Assembly: GCA_963840645.1 (NCBI GenBank)
Contig: CAWIZL010000002.1
Coordinates: 209,663 to 273,662 of the forward strand
Origin: Candidatus Doudnabacteria bacterium
Lineage (GTDB): Bacteria > Patescibacteriota > Doudnabacteria > UBA920 > VMFF01
Direction of reading: 5' to 3'
DNA length: 64,000 nucleotides
The notes beneath the pieces were generated by a model, which saw nothing but the letters and a program-made list of their open reading frames with translations, was not told the origin of the DNA and searched no databases. Positions 39,962-48,522 of the stretch are shown one piece after another. Every line of letters starts with the position of its first letter. The first letter of the stretch is position 1. Made by a program: the position numbers and the translations under genes.

Positions 39962-40210
39962 ATGGGAATACTACTCTGGATTATCTTCGGCGCAATTGCT
40001 GGTTTCATTGCCTCGCACATCATGGGTTCAGGCAGTGGCTTGCTGTGGGATATTGTACTGGGCATTGTCGGAGCGCTCCTCGGCGGATTCATCATGAACG
40101 CATTTGGGCAAGCAGGTGTCACAGGCTTCAACCTGTACAGCCTGATTGTGGCAATCATTGGTGCAATCATTGTCATTTGGATTGGCAGGTTGTTCCGCAG
40201 GACGGCTTAG
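39962..40210 (+). CDS. GlsB/YeaQ/YmgE family stress-response membrane protein
   Basis: GILLWIIFGAIAGFIASHIMG...DIVLGIVGALLGGFI...IVAIIGAIIVIWI. Confidence 0.85.
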   Translation: MGILLWIIFGAIAGFIASHIMGSGSGLLWDIVLGIVGALLGGFIMNAFGQAGVTGFNLYSLIVAIIGAIIVIWIGRLFRRTA

Positions 40211-40261
40211 CTTTCCTGTTTCCATTTTCCACACAGTTTTTGTTGTTGGTATTGGTCAAGC

Positions 40262-40355
40262 AAAAAAGAAGAGCCCGATGCGACTTCTGGATCCGTTTCT
40301 TTTCCGAAAGGAAAAGACAGGATTCAGTCGGAGCAAGGGGGGGCCTTCTTTTTTG
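40262..40355. repeat. Conserved long-hairpin bidirectional-terminator element (type 2, inverted relative to the copy at 27752-27830)
   Basis: The reverse complement reads ..CTTGCTCCGACTGAATCCTGTCTTTTCCTTTCGGAAAAGAAACGGATCCAGAAGTCGCATCGGG. The copy at 27.76 kb reads ..CCTGCTCCGACTGAACCCTGTCTTTTCTTTCAGAAAAGAAACGGATTCAGAAGTCGCAGAGGG. Confidence 0.7.
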
Positions 40356-40365
40356 CTGTGGCTAG

Positions 40366-40521
40366 CTAGCTCTGCTGTGGCTTATTGCCACCAGCAACGA
40401 AGTGCCAGATGCCCAGGATGATTGCCAGAACTAGCGCAATGTAGATGAACCCGCCCAAGATGTGGAAGACGAGGCCAAGTATCCACAGGATGAGCAGAAT
40501 AATCGCGAGGGTTAACAGCAT
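40366..40521 (-). CDS. Small (51 aa) two-TM membrane protein, lmo0937-like; too short for the ORF track
   Basis: Manual translation of the minus strand gives MLLTLAIILLILWILGLVFHILGGFIYIALVLAIILGIWHFVAGGNKPQQS. Confidence 0.55.
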   Translation of the reverse strand: MLLTLAIILLILWILGLVFHILGGFIYIALVLAIILGIWHFVAGGNKPQQS

Positions 40522-40669
40522 ACGTTTTTAACTCCTGTTTAATGATGTTACCTAAAATAGTATAGGAGCGTTTTTTTAGGTAGGCAAGTCGTTTTTCTAG
40601 GTATTCTACCACTTGACAAAAACACTTAGATAGTCTAACATTTAAGGTCTACAGTAAACTACCTTAAGT

Positions 40670-42452
40670 ATGCCTAGCAGCAACGAGAATTCGACCGATA
40701 GCAGCATAGAACCAGCCCAAGAGACAGGCTTCATGAAGTGGGTGCCACTGCTGGTAATCAGTCTTGCGCTGACTATCATCATCCTGGACACCACAATTCT
40801 GAACGTGACCCTGCGCACGATCATCCTTGATCTGCACACGAACATCCAGAGCATCCAGTGGGTGATTACAGGGTACTCGCTCATCATTGCCGCATTCACC
40901 ATCACGGGCGGCAGAATGGGCGACCTCTTTGGCCGCAAGAAAATGTTCGTGCTGGGTGCAATTATTTTTGCGGTCGGCTCGTTCATGACCTCAATTGCGC
41001 ACAGCGTGAGCTTCATGATAGCTGGCGAGGCAGTCATTGAAGGCCTTGGTGCGTGTCTCATGCTGCCAGCTACGCAGTCGCTGCTCCGCTCAAGCTACAA
41101 AGGGCGTGACCTTCAGGTGGCGTTCGGCATTTGGGGTGGCATCATTGCAGGTGCTGCTGCAGCTGGGCCGCTCATTGGCGGCTGGTTCACGTCGCACTAC
41201 TCGTGGCGCTGGGCGTTCCGCGTGAACGTTGTCGTCGCGGCAATTTTGGTGGTCTCGTCCATTGCCATCAAAGAGTACCGCGACCTATCTGAGAAAACAG
41301 ACGTAGACTTTGTTGGTGTCATTCTTTCAGCTCTCTCAATGACATCCATTGTGTTTGGCTTTGTGCAGACGTCTACGTACGGCTGGTGGAAGGCTCTCGC
41401 ACCTCTCAACGTTCTGCACCACGCCATTCACTTTGGCGGACTTTCGGCATCTCCGATTTTCGTAGCAGCTGGCTTGCTCATTGGCTGGGCATTCATTGCG
41501 TGGGAAGCTCACGTTGAAAAAATCGGCAAGACGCCACTCGCATCCGTGGCACTCTTCAAGAGCTCAGGCTTTGTGGTTGGCTCCAGCATTTCTTCAATTC
41601 AGGCATTGGGCATGGCTGGCCTGACATTTGCCATTCCAATTTACCTCCAGGCAGTGCTCAAGCTCACGCCAATTCAAACTGGGCTCGCGCTCGTGCCAAT
41701 GACCCTGCCAATTTTAATCTCTGCCCCGCTGTCTTCGTGGATCAGCAAGTACATTACGCCAAAGGTCATCATTCAGATTGGCATAGTGTTGAACATCATT
41801 GGATTCATTGTGCTGCGCCAGAGCCTGCACGTTGGCGTGAACCAGTGGGCAATGGCTCCTGGCTTAATCTTGTTCGGGGCTCGGACTTGGGTTGATTTTT
41901 GCCCAGGCAACAAACCTCACGCTCTCTGCTGTGCCCGTTGACCAAGCTGGTGAAGCTGCTGGTGTTTCCAGCACGCTCCGCTCGCTCGGGCAGACGCTCG
42001 GTGCGGCAATTTTGGGCGCTGTGCTCATCTCAGCGCTGGGATCAAACTTGGTCTCAGGCGTGAACGCGAGCGCGGCAATTCCACAGGCAAGCAAGCCAGC
42101 CGTCGTGCAGGTTGTGTCTAGCCAGACTTCAAATATAGAGTTTGGCAGTGGGCGAGCTTTGCCGGAACTGGAATTTCGCCGAGCACTGCTAGCGCCATTA
42201 CCACAATTGGCAATGCTGCCACTGTGACCGCAACGCGCGAATCGTTCGCCTACGGTGCACTGTTCATGCTGCTGGGCTTAATTGTTTCTTTTGCACTGCC
42301 ATCAGGAGCTGAAGAAACAGTGACACCAGAAGCAAGTGTTGCACCAGTGGCTGCAGCTGCAATGGAAGGACCAGCAGTTTTTGCTGCAGATGTTTCTGCA
42401 AAGGAACCTGATCCTGTGCCAGTGCCAAAGCAGAGCTCCGAAGCCAGAGCCT
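40670..42452 (+). CDS. Second MFS transporter of the DHA2 family, with frameshifts at about 41876-41879 and 42150; the 3' end is unresolved and it is possibly fused to the next ORF
   Basis: LDTTILNVTLRTI, GGRMGDLFGRKKMFVLG, then GLGLIFAQATNLTLSAVPVDQAGEAAGVSSTLRSLGQTLG in a second frame and AITTIGNAATVTATRESFAYGALFMLLGLIVSFALP in a third. Confidence 0.75.
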
Positions 42453-43148
42453 ATGGTGAAATCGCCCGTAGAGCAAAAACCTACGTCAGTAATTGTCACG
42501 CACGAAGAAAACGATGGAAAGGCAATTGGAGCTGGCGTCTTTGCACTCGTGCTGCTCGCCGCTGGCACGCTCGTTGGGTTTCTGTTGGGCAGGCACACTG
42601 CGCCAACGGCAACTGTTGTGGCGCCAAACTACCAGATCACAGTGCCTCCGCAGCCAACGGTAGCTCTACCAACGCCAACACCTCAGGTGCTCGGCATAAC
42701 TGTTGGAAACCCACAGCCAACCCCGATACAACCGACTCCAACGCAGCCACCAGCGCCAACGCAGGTGCAGCCTGTTGCACTTCTTGATTCTCAAACGTTC
42801 AGTGATCCAGCTGAGCAGTTCACCTTCCAGGTGCCCTCTGACTGGAAAGCGTCGAACGTGGACGGCGAAGATGTTTTCGTGACGCCGCAAGGCCAGCGCG
42901 CCAGCGTGCAGATGTACCAGGTTGGCAACAACGACTTCGTGGCACTCGGAAGCTTCTTGAGCAACCAGCCAAACCTCCACGACGTTGTGCAGTCAACGTT
43001 TGCCGGCAGACCTGCGTACGCATTCAACGTTGACGGCATTTACGTGCACGGCTACGCGTTCTTGGATAGCGGAAGGCTGTACTACGTGCTCGGCGCAGGC
43101 GTCGAGAGTTCGCCTCTCGCGGCAACTTTCCAGACCACGCAGAACTAA
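42453..43148 (+). CDS. Membrane-anchored extracytoplasmic protein; either a separate gene from ATG 42453 or the C-terminal extension of the MFS gene
   Basis: MVKSPVEQKPTSV.., TM segment AIGAGVFALVLLAAGTLVGFLLG, a PT/PQ linker, then a roughly 120-aa domain FTFQVPSDWKASNVDGEDVFVTP...YYVLGAG. Confidence 0.55.
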   Translation: MVKSPVEQKPTSVIVTHEENDGKAIGAGVFALVLLAAGTLVGFLLGRHTAPTATVVAPNYQITVPPQPTVALPTPTPQVLGITVGNPQPTPIQPTPTQPPAPTQVQPVALLDSQTFSDPAEQFTFQVPSDWKASNVDGEDVFVTPQGQRASVQMYQVGNNDFVALGSFLSNQPNLHDVVQSTFAGRPAYAFNVDGIYVHGYAFLDSGRLYYVLGAGVESSPLAATFQTTQN

Positions 43149-43188
43149 GGTTGCGGCTCTCTGAGTGTTGGTGTACAATGAACGTACA

Positions 43189-43791
43189 ATGAGTGAAAAG
43201 AGAAAAATTAAGGCGCTTGTTTTTGACCTCGGTGGCGTCGTCGTCCACGGAGGCTACCTCGACTTTGTGGCGCAGTACGTGCGCCCAGCGCTGGTGCCAC
43301 ACGGCACGAAGAAAATCGCACAGCTCGAGCGCCAGGTTGACCTTGGTGCAATAACAGAGAATGAGTTTTACCGCGACATTGAGAAGACGTTCCACCTGCA
43401 CCTGAAGCCTAGCAAGATGCATAAGATCATCGTGGACAAGATGGTGCTCAACAAGAGCTTGGTGAGCTACATTTCAAAAATCAAGAAAGCAAAAGTTGCG
43501 CTGTTCTCAAACTCAATTGGCAACATGGCAGCAGAGGTTCTGAGGGAGCGCCGCGTGCCGGGGAAGACCTTTGGCAAGCTTTTCATGTCTAACAAAATTC
43601 ACCTGGCAAAGCCAGACCAAGCAGCGTACAGGTACGTTGCAAGGCACCTCAAGGTGAAGCCACAGGAAACCTTGATGATTGATGATCGGCCTGAGAACGT
43701 GCGAGATGCCAAGAGGATTGGCATGCAGGGGATTGTGTTCAGGAATACAGCCCAGTTCAAGCGGGCAATGCGGAAGTTCGAGCTGGCGTAG
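43189..43791 (+). CDS. HAD-superfamily hydrolase (subfamily IA)
   Basis: ALVFDLGGVVV (motif I), SNS (motif II), MIDDRPENVRDAKRIGM (motif IV). Confidence 0.8.
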   Translation: MSEKRKIKALVFDLGGVVVHGGYLDFVAQYVRPALVPHGTKKIAQLERQVDLGAITENEFYRDIEKTFHLHLKPSKMHKIIVDKMVLNKSLVSYISKIKKAKVALFSNSIGNMAAEVLRERRVPGKTFGKLFMSNKIHLAKPDQAAYRYVARHLKVKPQETLMIDDRPENVRDAKRIGMQGIVFRNTAQFKRAMRKFELA

Positions 43792-43915
43792 GGCTGTGGT
43801 TAAATCCACAGCTTGATTTTTTTAACTTCAAGTGGTATGCTGTCCTAAGGCAACAGGAGGGTACATTAGCGGTAACGTGCCCGCAATTTTTTGTTGCTGT
43901 CCAAAAGGGAGACCT

Positions 43916-44488
43916 ATGGTAGACAACGAGAAAGCAAAAGAGACTTTGATTGAGTTGAAACGTGAGTGTGGGTCAATGATCCACCGGCTGCTCACCAGTG
44001 GCCTCACCGTCGAAAGGTCTGCAGATGAGATAGACCAGCTCTTGAGCCACGATGCTCGAGACAACGCGGCCATTGAGATTCAGAAGTACCGTGACAAAGA
44101 AATGTTAATCGACCGATGTCTGCGGCACGTCGAGACGAGCGGGTACGGGGTTTGCAAGCAGTGCGAACAAAAGATAACACCTAAACGCATCGCTGCAGTA
44201 CCGTGGGCCATTTACTGTATACGCTGTGAGGATTTCCCGCACGAAGAGGAAGATCCTGAGCCAGGTATTCTCACCAAGCCCTCTGTGAATGGGGTTGGGC
44301 AGACACCAAAAGCCCGAACGCCGCACAAGGCAGAAGGGGTAGCACAGACTGCTCCGTCGCGAGCAGGTCGTTCAGGCGGAGGTTCCTTGTTTGACCGCAC
44401 CCCTTTAAGGGGGCAGCATTTTGTGGGGATCTCGTATCCGTCTGACACGAATTCCGTTGGCTTGCCCGGTAGCAAACCAGCCAGGTAA
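43916..44488 (+). CDS. DksA/TraR-family C4 zinc-finger protein with an unusually long, low-quality C-terminal tail
   Basis: An AGGGAG Shine-Dalgarno is present. Contains GYGVCKQCEQKITPKRIAAVPWAIYCIRCED. The roughly 85 residues after the finger may not be genuine coding sequence. Confidence 0.65.
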   Translation: MVDNEKAKETLIELKRECGSMIHRLLTSGLTVERSADEIDQLLSHDARDNAAIEIQKYRDKEMLIDRCLRHVETSGYGVCKQCEQKITPKRIAAVPWAIYCIRCEDFPHEEEDPEPGILTKPSVNGVGQTPKARTPHKAEGVAQTAPSRAGRSGGGSLFDRTPLRGQHFVGISYPSDTNSVGLPGSKPAR

Positions 44489-44616
44489 GCAGTAGCTGCG
44501 TGAGTAGAACCTTGCTCCCTCGCCCTGTTTGCGATGGGGTGCCTGTGGAGATTTTGCTGGCGCACTTACCGCTGAAACCTTGTGTCCTGCTGCCTGGCGG
44601 TCGGCAGGCACGAGTG

Positions 44617-44674
44617 GGGGGATTGGAAAGCTGTAGGCCCACAGGCCACGCAATTCAATCCCCGTTATTTTTTA
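44617..44674 (+). terminator. Intrinsic terminator (long hairpin plus T-run); its T-run overlaps the stop region of the convergent gene
   Basis: GGGGATTG...CAATCCCC followed by GTTATTTTTT. Confidence 0.55.
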
Positions 44675-45993
44675 TTCACAGTTTTTTCAAACAGGTTCTT
44701 CAGCTTTCGCTCTGGATCGTACTTCTGCTTCAAGCTGTCGTACGTTGGCTTGTCGTAGATTTCCCAAAATTCATCTTCAGTGTAGTACGCGTCTGAGTAG
44801 AGCCCTTTTCTACCTTCCAGTTCAGTAACCTTTGCCTCAACGAGTGAGTTGTAGTAGCCAGCTTGCTTGTCCGTTGGCACAGATCCCCAGAATCCAAAGT
44901 TCACGTAAATCTTTTTTGGGTCAAGAGGGTAGAGGCTGAATTTGGCTTCTGCATCGTACGTGCCAATGGGGCAGATCCACACAGGCCTAATGCCAATTTT
45001 TTCAAAGAAAAATTTCTCGAACGCTGGCGCGTTTTCGATTGGAATATCAACATCTTGAATGACCCACTCTTCACGCCCGGTGACGAGAGGCAGCAGCTTC
45101 TGCGTAATGAACGACCTCTGGCTCCAGCGCATGAGCTTTGTGTAGAAGAGCGAGTTCAGGCGTTTTTTCCCGAGCAAGCGGCGCAGCAGTGGATTCTGCG
45201 CGCCAATGACGTTTGAGCACCAGAACCAGTCTGTGTCCCAGCGCCAAATGAAATCAGCTGCAGAGAGGTAGTCAGTTTTCTTTTCACGGATCGATTTGTA
45301 GTACACGTTCATGTACGTGTAGTCGCTCGTGAACGGCGCGCTGTCTGTGAACGTTCCAGTGGTGATGTACATTTCACCTGGGCCAAAAATCGTGCCGTCT
45401 ACAAAGGCTACTGCTGCGCCAGAGGCGCACGTGGCGGCCAGAGCTTTGAAGTACGACTCTGAATCGCTGTAGTGCTCGTGCTCTACTTTCACAAACTTTT
45501 TCACGGGAATAACTTTCACCCGCAGCTTCAGTGCGTACCCAAAGGTTCCGTACGAGTTTGGGAAACCGTAGAATAAATCTGAGTTTTTGGTTTTGCTGCA
45601 CGTGACGATTTGGCCAGTTGCGAGCAGGATTTCCATCTGTGTTACTGTCTCGTGCACCAAGCCGTACCGAAACGACGTAGCCTCAATGCCAATGCCGCTC
45701 ACAGCTCCGCCAACGGTGATTGTTTTCAGCTGCGGTACAACAGCAGGCATGGCGCCGTAGCGCAAGGTTTCGGCTACAAAGTCTTCGTAGGTTGCCATGC
45801 CCTCAACTTCAGCCCAACCTCCAGCTACGTTTACCTCCAGCACCTTGTTGAAGTCGCGAACGTCTAACGAGTTTCCGTTTGCCCCATCGCGGCTGCGGAA
45901 AAGGTTTGATGTTTTTTTGGCCAGGCGAACACTGCCGGTGCGCTTGATCTGCTCTGCCAGGCGCTGCGCTTTTGCCTCGTAGTTGCTGTCCAT
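44665..45993 (-). CDS. FAD-binding oxidoreductase of the DWF1/DHCR24-like family (BfaA-like)
   Basis: LEVNVAGGWAEVEGMATYEDFVAETLRYGAMPAVVPQLKTITVGGAVSGIGIEATSFRYGLVHETV..MEILLATGQIV.CS...NSDLFYGFPNSYGTFGYALKL closely parallels the DHCR24/DIMINUTO FAD domain. Confidence 0.8.
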   Translation of the reverse strand: MDSNYEAKAQRLAEQIKRTGSVRLAKKTSNLFRSRDGANGNSLDVRDFNKVLEVNVAGGWAEVEGMATYEDFVAETLRYGAMPAVVPQLKTITVGGAVSGIGIEATSFRYGLVHETVTQMEILLATGQIVTCSKTKNSDLFYGFPNSYGTFGYALKLRVKVIPVKKFVKVEHEHYSDSESYFKALAATCASGAAVAFVDGTIFGPGEMYITTGTFTDSAPFTSDYTYMNVYYKSIREKKTDYLSAADFIWRWDTDWFWCSNVIGAQNPLLRRLLGKKRLNSLFYTKLMRWSQRSFITQKLLPLVTGREEWVIQDVDIPIENAPAFEKFFFEKIGIRPVWICPIGTYDAEAKFSLYPLDPKKIYVNFGFWGSVPTDKQAGYYNSLVEAKVTELEGRKGLYSDAYYTEDEFWEIYDKPTYDSLKQKYDPERKLKNLFEKTVNKK

Positions 45994-46002
45994 TCGTAAA
46001 AA

Positions 46003-47120
46003 TTACCGCACAGACCTGTAACCGCCAGGCACACCTTTTTTGGACAGCGTGAACTGCCAGAGCTGGTTTCTCCTCGCGCGGAACGCTCCGGCGCACGAGA
46101 GCAGGTAGTAGCTCCACATTCTGTAGAACCTATCGCCGTACTCTGCCTTCAGGCTCGGCCAGTTGTCGACAAAGTTTTTGTGCCACGCCATGAGGGTCTT
46201 GTCGTAGTCTGCTCCAAAGTTGTGCAGGTCTTCGAGGATGAACAATTTTTCCATTGGGCCACGAGCTGCGCGAGCGCTGGGAGAACGCCGTTGGGAAAGA
46301 TGTACTTGTCTGTCCACGGGTCTGGCACTGGCAAGGACTTGTGGTACCCAATGGTGTGCAGCAGGAACATGCCGTCATTGGTGAGCCTGTCGTGGGCCAC
46401 CTTGAACAGCGAAGCGTAGTTCTTAGGCCCACGTGCTCAGCGAGGCCAATTGAAACAACGCGGTCAAACGTACCCTCAGCGTCGCGGTAGTCGCGAACCT
46501 GGAAGTCGAGCGGCAGGCCAGCGCACGATTCTTTGGCAAACTTCATCTGCTCTTTTGAAAGGTTCACGCCAACGCCGGTGACCCCGTACTTTTCAGCTGC
46601 GTACTTCAAGAAGCTCCCAAAGCCGCAGCCAAGGTCTAAAACTTTCATGCCAGGCTTGAGGCCAACCTTCCTGCAGACTAAGTCAAACTTTGCATCTTCA
46701 GCATCGTCTAAGTTCTGGGCGTCTCTCCAGTACGCGCACGTGTACGACATTGTGTGGCCGAGCATGAGCGCGTACAGGTTGTTGCCAATGTCGTAGTGCT
46801 TCTCTGCAACCTCTGCTGCCTTCGACTTCTTCTGGCCATTGAAGATTTGAGCCTTCAAGAAGTGAACGGCGAGTTTCCAGTCTTTCAGCTCGTTCTCTAA
46901 GTTGGCCTTCAGAACCCTGTTGAAGAACTCATCCAGCTCTGCGCAGTCCCACCACCCGTCCATGTACGATTCGCCCAAGCCTAGGTACGGCTGTCTCAGG
47001 ATGCGGGCGTAGAGCTTCTTCATTGTGTACCTGTATGTCCCACGGCGCGGTTCCGTTAATGGTGATACCAGCTTTTGCCGCTAAGCTGACCACCAGCTCT
47101 TTGTCTTTTTTCATTGCCAA
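46003..47120 (-). CDS. Cyclopropane-fatty-acyl-phospholipid synthase family SAM-dependent methyltransferase (BfaB/Cfa-like), with three frameshifts (about 47015, 46430, 46260)
   Basis: Pieces 46929..47120, 46130..47023, 46149..46400 and 46003..46317 join as ..APWDIQVHNEE/LYARILRQPYLGLGESYMDGWWDC...HYDIGNNLY...VLDLGCGFGSF...SIGLAEHVG/..HDRLTNDGMFLLHTIG...DPWTDKYIFPNG/..LEDLHNFGADYDKTLMAWHKNF...YYLLSCAGAFRAR. Confidence 0.8.
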
Positions 47121-47177
47121 ATTATAGCATATTTAACATATTCATTTACAGCACAAGGGAGACACCTCTTCTTGTGC

Positions 47178-48473
47178 CTAAGAGACAACCACCTTTGCCA
47201 TGCTGTAGATTTCCTTGAGGTTGTAGTAGGAAGAGAAGTTAATGTCTTTGCCGTTCGGCACGTACGGGTCGCGCATGACGTAGTTGCCGTTGCTGCCGCT
47301 CACGAGCACCACGAAGTGCGTGCCACCGTACACGTTCATGCCAATGACCACCGGATTGCCAGTGGCGAGCGTTGCGTCAATGGTTGATGCCACGCGCGTG
47401 GCACTCGCACCGTCAGTGTTGATGGTGATCAGTAAGTAGGCAGGGTAGTACGATGCAAAGTTGGTTGGGTCTGAGTTGATAGTTGCAGGCGTGACGTCCT
47501 TGAAGCCGTAGTGCGTCATGACCATTGCCATTGCCGTGACCAAGCACCCGTCACTGGCCATTGTGTAGCTCGTGCCATCGAGCGCATCATCGCCCCACGC
47601 TGCATCGCGCTGGTTGTAGTAGCAACCCCAAGCATCGCACACTGTCTGGCCTGTTAAGAGTTGGTCGCCGCCGTGCTGGGTGAACTTCGAGAAGCTCTGC
47701 AGCTGAGCCTCTGCTTGGGCCAGCAGCTTTTGGTACGTAGACTCTTTGCCGTTTGTCTGCGCCAGCAGTTCATTTTTTGACTGCACGGTGGCAGCGAGCG
47801 ATTTTTGCTGCTGGGCAAGGGATTCGTTCTGTGCTGAGAGCGTGCTGTTCTGCTGCTGCACCGTGCTCTGCGTACTGGTGAGGGTGTCTTTTTCTTCTTG
47901 CAGCTCCTGAGTTTTTACCTGAACCGCGCTCTGCAGCTGCACGGTGCTGTCAAGGTTTTTCCAGAAATCAGATAGGCTGCCAGATGCAGCCAACTGGAGC
48001 ACCAGCGGCTGGGTGTCAGCCTGCTGCACGTCTTGGATGTAGCTGGCCAGCGCATCCTGGTCAGCAGCTATTGCTTGCTGTGCGCTCTGAATCTGGCTGC
48101 CCAGCTGCTGGATCTGCAGCTGGGTTTGGTTGATCTGGCTCTGCGTGAGGGCAACCTGGGCTTCCACCTCGCTGCTCTGCAGGTCAAGGGTGTTGATGGC
48201 TGTCTGGAGGGTTTTCTTGTCTGCGCCAGCCTGCTTAATTTCCGCTTGGTACTGTGCGATCTGCTGGTTGAGTGCAGCGATTTGCTGCGTGTCAGTGTCG
48301 AGCTGGGCCTGGGCAGCCGCAGCGGCAGCTGAGGTGGGCATTGGGGTGGGAATGGGTGCCGTGAGCAGTGCGAGTGCTGGAGTTACGCTGAAGCCGCCCA
48401 CAGCTTGCACAGCAATGAGTGCGATCGCTAGCGCCCCAGCATGTCTTTTTATTTTTGAGGAAATCTTTTTCAT
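47178..48473 (-). CDS. Secreted coiled-coil protein with a C-terminal papain-like (C39-like/CHAP-like) cysteine peptidase domain; PcsB-like architecture, putative cell-wall hydrolase
   Basis: The start MKKISSKIKRHAGALAIALIAV acts as a signal (ATG at 48473). About 270 aa are Gln/Ala-rich heptad repeats. The C-terminus reads WGCYYNQRD..DGCLVTAMAMVMTHYG...GGTHFVVL. Confidence 0.7.
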   Translation of the reverse strand: MKKISSKIKRHAGALAIALIAVQAVGGFSVTPALALLTAPIPTPMPTSAAAAAAQAQLDTDTQQIAALNQQIAQYQAEIKQAGADKKTLQTAINTLDLQSSEVEAQVALTQSQINQTQLQIQQLGSQIQSAQQAIAADQDALASYIQDVQQADTQPLVLQLAASGSLSDFWKNLDSTVQLQSAVQVKTQELQEEKDTLTSTQSTVQQQNSTLSAQNESLAQQQKSLAATVQSKNELLAQTNGKESTYQKLLAQAEAQLQSFSKFTQHGGDQLLTGQTVCDAWGCYYNQRDAAWGDDALDGTSYTMASDGCLVTAMAMVMTHYGFKDVTPATINSDPTNFASYYPAYLLITINTDGASATRVASTIDATLATGNPVVIGMNVYGGTHFVVLVSGSNGNYVMRDPYVPNGKDINFSSYYNLKEIYSMAKVVVS

Positions 48474-48522
48474 GGACAATCCTAGTATACCACTACTACG
48501 ATTGCCAGAACATTTTTGGTCG

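Noticed and set aside
40382-40612. The 76-aa minus-strand ORF (MVEYLEKRLAYLKK...).
   Set aside because: Its composition is not protein-like. Another frame of the same strand encodes a clean 51-aa two-TM protein (40366..40521), which better explains the locus.
44290-44674. RNase P, tmRNA or SRP RNA in the DksA tail region (AAAGCCCGAAC and GTTGGCTTGCCCGG can pair like P4).
   Set aside because: The spacing is about 150 nt, which is too short, and the RNA would continue 200 nt beyond the CR-V-like motif. No T-arm or SRP motif is present. It is kept only as a generic candidate structured region.
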